Shown: positions 12,755 to 24,561 of the stretch, piece by piece
Layout of the letters: each line of letters opens with the position of its first letter
Position numbering within the stretch: the stretch's first letter is position 1
Assembly (NCBI RefSeq): GCF_963921235.1
Contig: NC_086097.1
Coordinates: 192,698,001-192,762,000, forward strand
Length of the DNA: 64,000 bases
Source of the DNA: Mobula hypostoma
Taxonomy: Eukaryota
Direction: 5' to 3'
Notes under the pieces: generated by a model
Database searches by the model: none
What the model was told of the DNA's origin: nothing
What the model saw: the letters and a program-made list of their open reading frames with translations, nothing else
Made by a program: the position numbers and the translations under genes

Positions 12755-12905
12755 GCACAAGAGATTCTACAGTTGCTAGAAATCCAGAGCAACATATGCC
12801 AAATGCTGCAGGAACTCAGCAAGTCAACAGCTTCCAGGGAAGGGAATCATTCTCTTCCATACTGATCCGCTAAGTACCTCCAGCATTTTTTTGTATGTTG
12901 TTCTT
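12755..12905. repeat. Degenerate, centrally deleted Penelope-like hairpin element
   Basis: GAGCAACATATGCCAAATGCTGCAGGAACTCAGC ... GCTAAGTACCTCCAGCATTTTTTTGTATGTTGTTC form imperfect inverted arms. Confidence 0.65.
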
Positions 12906-12984
12906 TAAAGCAGGTATGTTTTGTTGAATAATTATAGCCCAACAGCTTTCCTTTTGCACCTTCATTTGTAGAAGAAACATAAAA

Positions 12985-13312
12985 TTCTGAAAGGGATAGA
13001 AATGATAGAGAAAGGAAGTTGATTTTACTGGCAATGAGACAAGAACTAAGAGACCTGGCCTTAAGATTTAGGACAGAAATGGGAGACTAGTGAATCTGTG
13101 GAATTTTTTGCCCAGGGAAGCAGTACAGGCCAACTCATTAAATACACTTAAGACATAGTTAGATATATATTTTGCATAGCAGATTAAAGATTATATAGAA
13201 AAGGCAGGTGGTTGAAGCTGAGTTAACGGCCAGATCAGACATGAATTTATTGAAAGTGGAAGCAGACTTGACAAGCGAAATAGCTTACTCATGCTCCTAT
13301 TTATTATGCTCT
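12985..13312 (+). mobile_element. Old CR1 3' end
   Basis: GTGAATCTGTGGAATTTTTTGCCCAGG and degenerate CR1 3' UTR/tail. Confidence 0.7.
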
Positions 13313-13315
13313 TCT

Positions 13316-13588
13316 GGGCACGTGGCCAAGTGGTTAAGGCATTGGACTAGCTACCTGAAGGTCGTGAGTTCGAGCCCTTAATCACACGTTGCTCTGCGAC
13401 GACACTGGTGTCAAGCTGCATGGGTACTAATGCCCTTCCCTTGGACAACATTGGTGTCATGGAGAGGGGAGACTTGCAGCATGGGCAACTGCTGGTCTTC
13501 CATACAACCTTGCCCAGGCCTGCGCCCTGGAGAGTGAAGACTTTCCAGGCGCAAATCCATGATCTCGCAAGACTAACGGATGCCTTTA
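13316..13588 (+). mobile_element. tRNA-derived SINE with RTE-like 3' end
   Basis: Pol III A box TGGCCAAGTGG (13323-13333) and B box GTTCGAGCC (13368-13376). The last ~120 nt resemble the 3' end of the RTE-like element at 33628-34211. Confidence 0.85.
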
Positions 13589-14254
13589 CTCTGGTCTCAT
13601 AACAGATGATAGCTGATTATGATATTGACCACAATTTTTGTTACCTGAATACCTAACATCTCCTACTGCGGCTTGGTGATCAATATTGCTTAACAAATGT
13701 CATGAAAAGCTTTGTGAAATTTTACCAGCCGAAGATGCTACACAAATAAGTTTTGTTGCACCTTCATCAATCCCAATGTACCTTCAACATCACCATATTA
13801 GCAAGCATCAACACTGCATTTACTTTTAATTATAAGGCTAACAGGCATTGACTGTGTGTTGATTCAGTACGAATTTGAATCTGGTAATTGGAGTCATAGT
13901 TGGATTTACTGGCACCTGCCTGTGCAAACTTGGCAGGCAGGAGTGCATGACACATGAAACTAGAAGGTAACCAGTTAGTAGCCACAGTGAAAGGCCTGAC
14001 TGTCCGATATGCTGTATGCCCATACCCAATCTTCTGTATCTAACACATGATGAGTGGAAGCCCATGCATATGATGCAATGCCTCTTAGGGGTAATTGGAA
14101 AGGTAAATGATTTTGTTCCTTTCCCTTACAGCACATGTGCGAGTCCAGTTGAACTGTGAATCCATAGTTGATCACTTGCCAGCTAAAGTGGGGAGCCACC
14201 CTTGAGAATAATAATGTGTATGAGAATTGCGATGTTGAGATACAAATGATTTCA

Positions 14255-14450
14255 TATGCTGGAATGTGGAGTAACACAATAACTAGTGGAGGAACTCAGC
14301 AGCTCGGACAGCACCTATGGAGAGAAATAGGCAGTTGATGTCTTGAGTGAAGACTGTTCATCTGGGCTAACAGTCCAAACAAAGGGTCTCGACCCAAAAC
14401 ATTGACAGTCCATTTCTTTCCTCGGTTGCTGCCTGATTTATTGAGTTCCT
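14255..14450. repeat. Degenerate Penelope-like hairpin element
   Basis: GGAGGAACTCAGCAGCTCGGACAGCACCTATGGAG ... AAGGGTCTCGACCCAAAACATTGAC ... GCTGCCTGATTTATTGAGTTCCT form imperfect inverted arms. Confidence 0.7.
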
Positions 14451-14546
14451 GGATATTCGGTGGATTGGAACAAAAATGTCAACTTAAAGAAAATAAAGAC
14501 AGATTTTTAGGATGGAACATGGAAGAAAGCTGAATTGCAGTGGCTC

Positions 14547-14891
14547 TGTTACGGACAATGCTCTTCTAGTAATTATCAGTAAATGTAGAGGAGATTTGAC
14601 ACAAAAACAGAACAGCAGAAGACAATTCAGTAGTAGCTGATAACTTGCATACTAGACAACAAGATTACAGGTCTTAAGGAACCACAAACCAAGAGAGAAC
14701 AGAAATACAGAAATGAAATACAGCAGGCAACAAGGAGCAACTGGTTGAGGCTGGCTAGTTCAATGAGTGAACAAGAACCCTCGATGAGAACTAAGGTTAA
14801 ACAGACTGCAGATGATGAATCTGGAATGATCAGCTGGTGAATCCCATTAGCTGGGTGGAGGCTGGAGGTGCCTGCAGGAGCAGTCCTAACA
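14547..14891 (-). repeat. 3' LTR of the Gypsy element
   Basis: Termini TGTTACGGAC ... GTCCTAACA (TG..CA with a short inverted repeat). On the minus strand it is preceded by purine-rich GGTGGTGGATAG (PPT-like) and lies just downstream of the chromodomain. Confidence 0.75.
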
Positions 14892-14991
14892 GAGCTATCC
14901 ACCACCTAACTCTCTGCATTGCCAGCTGCCACCAGCCCGGGATGATCTGGATGGGTCTGGTGGAACTCATCCATAAATGATGGATTGAAGA

Positions 14992-15033
14992 TGTAGTCCT
15001 GACGAAGGGTCTCGGCCTGAAACGTCGACTGCA
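14992..15033 (+). ncRNA. Predicted minimal type I hammerhead ribozyme
   Basis: Stem I UGUAGUC/GACUGCA; core CUGACGA (14999-15005); stem II AGG-GUCUCGG-CCU; GAAA (15019-15022); palindromic ACGU in place of stem III; predicted cleavage after GUC at 15026. Confidence 0.75.
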
Positions 15034-15091
15034 CCTCTTCCTACAGATACTGCTTGGCCTGCTGCGTTCACCAGCAACTTTGATGTGTGTT
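14997..15091 (+). mobile_element. Solo-arm Penelope-like mini-element inserted in the Gypsy chromodomain
   Basis: Near-identical to the right arm 1933-2020. Flanked by the 14-bp TSD GATTGAAGATGTAG (14983-14996, 15092-15105). Confidence 0.85.
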
Positions 15092-17811
15092 GATTGAAGA
15101 TGTAGCTGGACAGCACCCAAGACTCTCCTCCAGTCTGTACACTCCCAGTTGTCTAGAAAATGCACACCCCATCTGCGGTGACTTGAATCCTGCAACTGGT
15201 GAACGGTGTACACAGGATCAACTTCCACCATCCTAGATTCCAGAGGTGCAGGCTCAGATAGGCTGAGTTGTCCATAGATAACAGGCTTGAGACAGGGCAC
15301 ATGGAAGGTAGGTGTGATACTGGGAAATTATGGCAGCTGGAGATGGTAAGTGATGCAATGTGTGTTCTTGAAGGGACCCATGAACTGAGGTGAGAGCTTG
15401 TGGGAGTCGATGCGGCGCAGGGTAATATATCAGATGGGGGAGTCAGATATGGTCCGCAGGCTGGAGTAGCCTGGATGGGTGCCGATAATGGATGGCATTA
15501 GGCATAGTAGGTGACTAGGATGGCCCTCCATGCCTTCCTCCGTGCATTCCAGCAGCAACGCACCAGAGCCCTTGTGGATAGTACTTCCATCATGGGCTCC
15601 TCCAAAGGAAACAGCCTGTGGTAAAGGAGGTGTGTAGACTGTGGGACAACTCAGCCCAGAGCAGATACTTCTTCCATGTGGAAGGGTCAGAGGCAGCAAG
15701 GCAGTACAGAAACTTCTTCACTTGCTAACTGTCTGACTGGCTGTTTTTCTGCGGATGATAGAGAGAGGACAAACTTACTGAGATGCAGAGAAGGAAGCAG
15801 AAGGCTCAGAAGTAGTGGGAGTTGAATTGTGGGCCCTGCTGCAACACAAAGTCCTAAGAGAAGCCATGAAGGCAAACTAGGTCTGTCATCTTAGTGGCTG
15901 ATGGAAGCTTTGAAGGCCAATGAAGTACGCCACCTTGAAGAACCAGTCTAACACTCAGGATCACCATGGCTCTATCAGAAGATGGCAAACCTGTGATGAG
16001 ATCCATGGCAATATGGGACCATGGGCATTGAAGAGCCCAGAAGGGCCCTGGTTGGAGGAATTAGCCCTGGCATACTGAAGGCAAGCATTGACAAACTGCC
16101 ATACATCTGGGTCACCAGAACCAGCTTCACAGAAAATCCAGAGTAAGTTGTGTGTCTGGATGGCCAGGGAGGGTTGAGCAATGGGCCCACTGTAGTGCAT
16201 CAGAGCGCATGGCCTCAGCATGTACATGCAGTTATCAGGAGTGTTGACCAGAGCAGGATTGTGCTGTAGGGCCTGGCAGATCTGGTTCTCAAGATCATAG
16301 ATGATCGGGGCGAGTATCTAAGAGGATGGAATAATTGGTCGAGGGTTGGGCTCCATTTCAAATGGGTCTAACTGTCATGACAGGGCATCTGCCTTAGTGT
16401 TCTTGGAGCCAGGTTGGTAGGAAATGGTGAAACTGAATTATTTGAAGAAGAGTAGCCCAGCAAGCCTGATGTGGGCTGAGTCGGTGGATCTGTTGTATAG
16501 ATATAAGGTTATAGATGTCAGTTCAAATCAGGAAGTTGTTTCCCATCAACCAACATCTCCATTCCTCCAAGGCCCATTTAATAGCAAGTAGGTCCCCATC
16601 ATCTACTCCACAATGGCACAATTTACACGAGAAGAAAGCACAAGGGTGCGTCTTCATGTCCAATTCTCACTGGGAAAGGATGGCTCCAGTGCCCACGGCA
16701 AAATGTCCACATTGACCAAAAAACGTTCCAGAGATGTTTGGATGGTGGAGAATGAGAGCGGTGGTGAAACGTCTCTTGAGCTCCTCAAAAGCATAGCCTG
16801 CGGCAGCAGAGCAGATCTCTGTGAGGTAGGTGATTTGGTGAGGGAAGTGAGTGGAATGGCAATTTGGTTGTAGCTTCAGATGAAATGGTGGTAGAAATTG
16901 GAGAAGCCCAAGAAGTACTGTAGCTGTTTGAGGATGTATGGTCAGGGCCATTCCTTGATGGTGTGCACTTCCTCTAGGCCCATGGTTATGCCTTGGGGTG
17001 AAAGGACTTAACCCAGGAAGGAAATGACTGGGGTGTGGAACTGGCATTTCTCTAACTTGGAGTACGGCTGGGTTTTGAAGAGATGATGAAGGACTGAACA
17101 AACGTGACAGATATGATTTTGGAGGTTCTCGGAGAAGGTAAGGAAGACATCAAGATAGACAACCATATACCTGTGTAGCATGTCTCATAGAATCTCATTA
17201 ATAAAGGCTTGGAAGATGGCTGGACTGTGGAAAAGTACAAAATACATCACAAAGTACTCGTAGTGGCCAACGTGTGTTATGAACGCCATCTTCCACTCAT
17301 CCCTCTGGCAGATACGGAACAGGTTGTATGCACTCAGTAGATCCAGTTTGTGAAGATCTGTGCCCTGCAGAGTATTTCAAATGTGCTATCGTCCATCAAG
17401 AAGAGAGGGAAGCAGTTCTCAATGCTGGTTCTGTTCAGCTCACCGTCATCAACGCAGGGCCAAAGGCAATTCCCCCCCCCCACCCATCTTTCTTTTTGAA
17501 AGAAGAATCCTGCACTGGCTATAAGCTGGGATGGCTGAATGAAGCCATGCTGGAGTGCCTTGACGATGTAGTCATTCATGGCTTGGATTGTAGGAGGAGT
17601 GAGGAAGAGCAGACAGCCTTGGGGAGTTCTGGGGCAGGTCAATCATGCAGTTGTGTGTTCTGTGAGGTGGCAGGATGCTGGTTTCCCTTTCACTGAAGGC
17701 ACTAGCTGAGTCATGGTATTCCTATGGGAGTTTGGTGAAGTTAAGGGTTTCCTCCATCTCCATAGATCTGTGGGGTGAAGTCAACTGAGGTCTAGCAGTT
17801 GGGTCCTCAAC

Positions 17812-18595
17812 TCAAAGTTTTCAAAAGTGTTCAAGGGTACATTTAATGTCAGAGAAATGTATACATCCTGAATTGCTTTTTCTTTGCAATCATCCATGAA
17901 AACAGAGGAGTGCCCCCAAAGAATGAAAGACAGTTAAATGTTAGAACCCCAAAGTCCCCCCCAGCTCCCCTCCCTCCTGTGTGTAAGCAGCAGCAAGCAA
18001 CGATCCCCCCTTACCCCACTGGCAAAAAAAAGCATTGGCACCCACCACCGAGCACTCAAGCATGAGCAAAGCAACAACAAAGACACAGACTTGCAGTACC
18101 CCAAAGTCTACTCGTTCACCTGGTATTCAAAATACCATAGGCTCTTTCTCCCCCTAATGAGGGAGAAAGAAGTGTCTCCATTTCACAGTGAGAGGAGAGA
18201 CGTAACAAACAACTCGCTGGTTTACAATGTTAAAAATCCGTTGCATTGCTTTTTCCGAGCTTTGTGCCCAAAGATCTCAGGTCTCTGGGCACACAGCCAA
18301 GGATTTTCTGACTCCTACGACACACTGATCTCCGGCTATGACACTGACCTTCGATCTGCTCGCCACAAAATCTCAGACCTCCTAAGGTGAGTGAAGTTCT
18401 TAGGCCACGCCCTTAGCATGTCGAATAACGGCCAGTCATGAAACCCCGAGAACGGGTCCCACTCCCACAAAGAACCATAGTCAGCGTGTAACTCCAGGTC
18501 AGGGTCTTCAAAAGACCCTGAAAGGGAAAAATAGAGATATTAGAGATAGAAATAGAAAGGAGTCATCAATAAGCGCCATTGACTCTCCTAAGCTC
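17812..18595 (-). mobile_element. Non-coding non-autonomous retroelement (~780 bp) inserted in Gypsy pol
   Basis: Splits Gypsy protease-RT sequence. Minus-strand 3' end ATTAAATGTACCCTTGAACACTTTTGAAAACTTTGAG is a (TTTGAAC)n-type tail; the 5' end has CAATGGCGC. Confidence 0.65.
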
Positions 18596-20114
18596 CTCAG
18601 CAATGAACTGAATGACCCGGTGAATTGAGGGTTGCGAGTGGAGAGCCAGGAGTAACTCAGGAGAAGAGGAGTTTTGAGTGAGTGGATTAGGATGAATTGA
18701 ATGGACTTGCGGTGCTCAGCGACACTTATGTGCATGGGCTGTGTGCAGGTTCTGACTGCCGCAGACCCCAGGGGACGTCCGCCAGAGGCCATGATGCAGC
18801 AGAGCCTCCTGTGTGTGTGTAGAGCCAGCAGAATGTGGAGGAGGACAGAGAGAATGAGAAGGGTTATGGTGCTGGACCGAAGGGCCAGGGAGAGTTTGCC
18901 ACATAGGAGCCCACTAATAGAGTTCTCAGCTTTTTGGAGTGCTCAGGTATAACATCAAAAAAAATATCAGCCTTCAATCCAGTGTTCACAGCTGTATTTG
19001 ACAGTCGTATGAAATAGTTAAATATACCCTAGAGTTAACAAGATATCCCAACATGAGTACTCCATGCATCTGTTTGACTGCTCGACTGGCAAACAAATAC
19101 AAAGTCACTATTTAATGTACCTTATTCACTCTGGGATTCTCTTTAACAATTGAAACGTACTTTATGAAAAAAAGATACATTCCGATGATGGAGTAATAGC
19201 CATGTCATTTATATTACAAAGACAAATTTTATAGCTTTATTGATGGTGATAGAAGCAACAGGATTGAAAGAAAGACAGATAAATATATAAGCATTGTTCA
19301 AAAACATGTGGGTCCAGAAATATGTCAGGCATATAGAACAAATAAGCAAAAAGAATATGAGGTACAGACCAGCTGTGATTAAATCAAATGTTTTGAGGAC
19401 CCTTAAGGTCTAAATCAAAATCCTAAAGTTCAAAAATTCATATTTCCATGCCGATTAATAAAAATACAAAAAACATAATTTAAAAAGATGAAAAATTACC
19501 ATTTTGATAACTAAACAGGCAAGCTTTGCCTAGCTGGTCTAATTTTTCAGTACATTAAGAAGAATAGGGAAGTCAACCTTATTTATACCATCTTCATTCA
19601 ATATTCAAAACATCCATTCAAAATTAAAGGTGGGAGAAGATTTGATCACAGTCCAATTACCCTTGAGCTACAGCTTAGTTTCAATGTGCAAACAAATGTA
19701 CCAATGTTTAATAAGAAGAACCTTTCTCATCTTTGTGAAGTAATTGTGACAACAATCTATCTCTTTTTCCTTTCTCTTTCCTCTTGCTTCAAATTGATCC
19801 TTATGGATCTGATTCCGTGACAGTTACACAAGCATTTCTTCCATTTATTTAATTCTTTGAAAATTCTGTTAGAGCTTAAACCAACAATAAAGTTGTGTCA
19901 ATGTTATGATTAATGTTCTCAGATCAACATGAGAGCAATTCAAATAAAGCTCAAAACGTCTCATTTACAGCCTTCGCAAATTTTTGCAAAACATTAATTT
20001 TTGATGACTTTGTGAACATTCACGGCGTATCCCAAATGGAAGTTTTGCTATTATTGATATTTATTTACCAATGTATGATTAGTAGATTATGATCAGAGGT
20101 GAATGTAAGCCTTT

Positions 20115-20783
20115 GAATCGGTGGTGAAGAAGGCGAATGCAATGTTGACATTCATTTCTAGAGGAATAGAAAGCAGGGATATGATGTTGAGGCTCTATAA
20201 GGTGCTGGTGAGACCTCACTTGGAGTACTGTGGGCAGTTTTGGTCTCCTTATATAAGAAAGGATGTGCTGACATTGGAGAGGATACAGAGAAGATTCACT
20301 AGAATGATTCCGGGAATGAGAGGGTTAACATATGAGGAACGTTTGTCCGCTCTTGGACTGTATTCCTTGGAGTTTAGAAGAATGAGGGGAGACCTCATAG
20401 AAACATTTTGAATGTTGAAAGGCATAGACAGTGGATGTGGCAAAATTGTTTCCCATAATGGGGGAGTCCAGTACGAGAGGGCATGACTTAAGGATTAAAG
20501 GGCGCCCATTCAGAACAGAAATGCAAAGAAATTTTTTTTTGCCAGAGGGTGGTGAATCTATGGAATTTGTTGCCACGGGCAGCAGTGGAGGCCAAGTCAT
20601 TGGGTGTATTTAAGGCAGAGATTGATAGGTATCTGAGTAGCCAGGGCATCAAAGGTTATAGTGAGAAGGCAGGGGAGTGGGACTAAATGGGAGAATGGAT
20701 CAGCTCATGATAAAATGGCAGAGCAGACTCGATGGGCTGAATGGCCTACTTCTGCTCCTTTGTCTTATGGTCTTATGGTCTTA
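20115..20783 (+). mobile_element. 5'-truncated CR1 (ORF2 C-terminus and 3' UTR)
   Basis: VKKANAMLTFISRGIE..LVRPHLEYCGQFWSPY..LGLYSLEFRRMRGDLIE; tail TCTTATGGTCTTATGGTCTTAT. Confidence 0.93.
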
Positions 20784-22567
20784 TATGAGTTGGTATTGCA
20801 TACAAATAGGGAAGTAGTGATGCTCTTTGTGATACCACCATACAAGTAAGAAGTTCACATGAGTTCATTTTACCACTATTCCGGTTAGACCTCTGGACTA
20901 GCTAGTAGGACAACCAATAGAACGGAGGTGTTATCTTTGATTATTGATCAACCTTTGAGTAGGCAGGCGGTAGAACTCAAATCAGTCTCTATCTACCTCC
21001 TGGAACTCACCACCCAACAGCATTCTGGAAGTGCCCTGATAAGAAGAATAGCAGTGATTCAACAAGTCAAATCACCATTATCTTCTCGAAGGATGGGGTT
21101 TAAATTCTGGCTTGATCAAGAATGATCCATCCCAAAAAGTAATGACCAAAAAGAAATTAGGCTATGGATCAAAAGAAGTGCAAATTAGGGACCAGTTGAC
21201 ATTGTCAGGTCATCAGCTCTCCTCATTCTGTAGCTGTATTTTTCTCAGTCTGTTCACAAATCTGGAGCCAGGCAGATCTGGAAGGAGAGGTTTCCTATGA
21301 CAATTTAAAATTTCGTGGAGAGCAACACTTTTTTTCATAATTTTCTAGGCATTTAGTGCTTTAAAGTTTTAAAGCTTTCTGGAAGGTCATCCCATTGCTG
21401 ATCTGCATGCTTCAAGAAACTCCCTGCCCAATTTCACTTCTGGAGCTTCTGCCTTCCAAGTTTAAAATATTAGTTCCAGCCCAAGGAGCCATTGGTGTTG
21501 TCAGTGTACCTACTAAATTTACATGAGCTCCAATCTTTCTAAGCAACCGGGTGTCCCATTGATAATATTAGGCAGTCAGAGTAAATGTCTCACCCACAAT
21601 CTGCTGAAAATGTATCAAAACTCCTGTGGGTGGTCTCACTAGAAGGAGGTAAATCCTAGTTCTGTGTTTCACACTTTTCCCTCAGAAAGGAAACAATACA
21701 AACTTTTGAATGAGTGCATAACATCACTTCAGTTGAAAGTCAACATCTTAAATGACAGTACCTTCCTCCCATTTGAGTCCAGTCCTATTGGTCTAATTTA
21801 GGCTCGTTTGTTCAAATTTTACTTTCTGTTCATCAGGGTGAAATTTAAAATTATACTGAGGGGAAATAGTGTCATGATGAATGACTTTCAAATAACCACA
21901 TGTGCGTTGACAAGCTTGAAAAGGGGATCTGGAGCAGATACTTAACAAATACTTTTATTTTTAACTTCTTTTGAATTGATGAAGCCTATGCTTGTAAATT
22001 CCCAATTTGCAAGCAATATTTTTGGCATCTGGAATTGTGGGCCTTCTATTTTTTTTTATTTAGTTCTTCAATGTCAGCAATTCATCCATACACAGTGACT
22101 AAAAAAAGATTTATCAGGCTTGCTTCGCTAATGGTAGGGCTGTCTGATATTATTAAAGAATTTGGATAGGTCTCTCCCCCAGGATTACATGGAACTGCTG
22201 GCTGAGTGAGGATTGCTCCAATTCTATTCAACCACATTTCTATTAATAAAGATGACCACAAAAAAATAATATCTTTGGGGAAGATGTGATCATTACCTAA
22301 ACAATTTTTATTCAGCTAATTAGAAATTAATGATGTGTTTTACATACAATAGTTTATAATAGCTTTGCAGCTCTGTCACTTTGCTCCAGCACTTTAGAAG
22401 CATAAACTGCAGCTGTACACCATTTAGTGAAAACCCTCTCAACAATGTAAGACTGAACAATAAATGTTAAATGTCAATCTCTACACTAAACTTTCTATTT
22501 GATTATTACCACCACAAATAGAAACCATCAATGGAAAATGTAGACGTACAGTTTTATAGCTAATTAA

Positions 22568-23030
22568 TAGAATCACAGGATGTACAGCGTGGAAACAGCC
22601 CACCTCTCCTATGCAGACTCCAATACCCGTCTAGACTAATGCCATTTGCCTACATTATGTCCACATCCCTCTACTCCATTCATACCCAGGCATCTGTCCA
22701 AATGCCTTTTAAACATCATAGATGCAGCTGCTTCCACCATTTGGATTAACCAGATAATCAGCACCACATAGAAAGAAACGTAAAAATTTTATCCTTTAGA
22801 TCTCTTTAAATTTCTACCCTCTCACCTTAGACCTGTGGCCTTTAGTTCTAGACACCTTTGCCTGAGAAGTAGACTCTAACAATTTGTCCTATCTGTGCCC
22901 TCATAATTTTATAAGCTTCTATAAAGATTCTATCAGTTTCATAGTGATAATAAACCCAGCTTATCTATTCTCTCCTTTTAACTACAACTTTCCACTCCAG
23001 GTAACACCCAGGTGTATCTCCTCTCTATTC
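22568..23030 (-). mobile_element. Old degraded CR1 3' region
   Basis: Begins TAGAATCACAGGATGTACAGCGTGGAAACAGCC; degenerate antisense CR1 3' sequence follows. Confidence 0.6.
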
Positions 23031-23039
23031 TGAATCTAC

Positions 23040-23235
23040 TTACTAGGAGCAATTTTAAGTGGCCAAATAACCTCTCAACCTGCTTTGTGATGTTTGGAGA
23101 TACTGGAGAACCTGGAAGAAATCTACATGGTCATAGGGAGAAAATACAAATTCCAGGCAGACAGCTTAATATTGACCTGGTGTCGCAGAATTTATAAAGC
23201 AGAAGCACTATTGGCTGCAATATTCTGCCATCTCA
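23040..23235 (-). mobile_element. Degraded V-SINE (HE1-like)
   Basis: GGAGATACTGGAGAACCTGGAAGAAATCTACATGGTCATAGGGAGAAAATACAAATTCC is the antisense of the V-domain. Confidence 0.65.
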
Positions 23236-23308
23236 TTGGTGTGCCCTGGACTGGAATATTTCCAGCTTTTTTAGTTTTTAACTCGTTCTTTAACTTTCTC
23301 TCTTTCAA

Positions 23309-24561
23309 TAAAAAAGCAAGCCCAGCCTTTTCCCCACGACTCAAGTTTTGCAATCTTGTGAATTCATTTGCACCCTCTATATCATGGTGACCAGAACAGG
23401 GCCCAATAGTGAAGCTATGGCTTCAGTTCCAACATAATATAGCTGTACATAGTTCCAAAAAGATCTCACTATAGATTCTTGTTTGATAAACAAAGCATCA
23501 TGTATCCTTTTCATCCATATTAATGAATGGTCTTGCTACACTTAACAATTTTTCCAAACCTTTTGCAAGGCCCCTTTGTTACTCCAGACCTTTTATTATT
23601 GTCCCATTTATAATGTAATCCCTTGCCCTGTCTTTCAAAGTGGAGGAAGCTGGATAGTGAGATTCCCTGGAACCATTATTGGAGCTCTTTCTTTTTTAAT
23701 CTATATAAACTTGAAATTAAGTTAAGACTTTAAGGTAAAAGAACCCTTAGGGGCAGGTGATCATAATATGATTGAATTCAACCTGAAATTTGAGAAGAAG
23801 CTAAAATCAGATATATCGGTATTACAGTGGAGTAAAGGGAATTACAGAGGTATGAGTGAGGAGTTGGCCAGAACTCATTGGAAAAGAACACTGGCAGGGA
23901 TGATGGCAGAACAACAATGGCGGGAATTTCTGGAAGCAAGTCGGAAGGCAAAAGATATATACATACCAAAGAGGATAAAGTATTCTAAAGGAAAGATGAC
24001 ACAAGATAATGAGATAACAAGAGAAAGGGAATATAATAGGGCAAAAAATTAATGGGAGGTTAGAGGATTGGGAAGATGTTAAATAACAACAGAAGGTAAC
24101 TAAAAAGTCATTAAGAAGATAAAGATCAAATACAAAAGTAAGCTAGCCAATAACATTAAAGAGGATACCAGAAGTTTCTTCAGATACATAAAGTGTAAAA
24201 AGCAAGCCCAGCCTTTTCCCCACAACTCAAGTTTTGCAATCTTGTGAACATTCTTGTGAATTCATTTGCACCCTCTGTAACATTGTGACTAGAATAGGGA
24301 CCAATACTGAAGCTATGGCTTCAATTCCAACGTACTATAGCTGTACATAGTTCCAAAAAGATCTCACTATAGTTTCTTGTTTGATAAACAAAGCATCATG
24401 TATCCTTTTCATCCATATTAATGATTGGTCCTGCTACACTTAACAATTTTTCCAAACCTTTTGCAAGGCCCCTTTGTTACTCCAGACCTTTTATTATTGT
24501 CCCATTTATAATGTAATCCCTTGCCCTGTCTTTCAAAGTGGAGGAAGGTGGATAGTGAGAT
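23309..24561 (+). repeat. ~355-365 bp direct duplication (23309-23663 and 24196-24561)
   Basis: Both copies run from AAAAAGCAAGCCCAGCCTTTTCCCCAC to TGGATAGTGAGAT with few differences. Confidence 0.95.

Larger units (their letters stand above)
14547..18950 (-). mobile_element. Decayed Ty3/Gypsy chromovirus-type (sushi-like) LTR retrotransposon, pol pseudogene
   Basis: Minus-strand motifs in Gypsy order: protease-region LLLSYSWLSTRNPQF (~18630-18680); RT ALQHGFIQPSQ..ASAGFFF and [39 protein letters not shown]; RNase [41 protein letters not shown]; integrase C-terminal KLSPQFMGPF; chromodomain FHVPCLKP..YTVHQLQDS..HFLDNWE. Many stops, and much of the integrase core appears deleted. Confidence 0.9.

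Noticed and set aside
13316..13380. tRNA gene
   Set aside because: Has A and B boxes but no complete cloverleaf or acceptor stem and continues into a SINE body.
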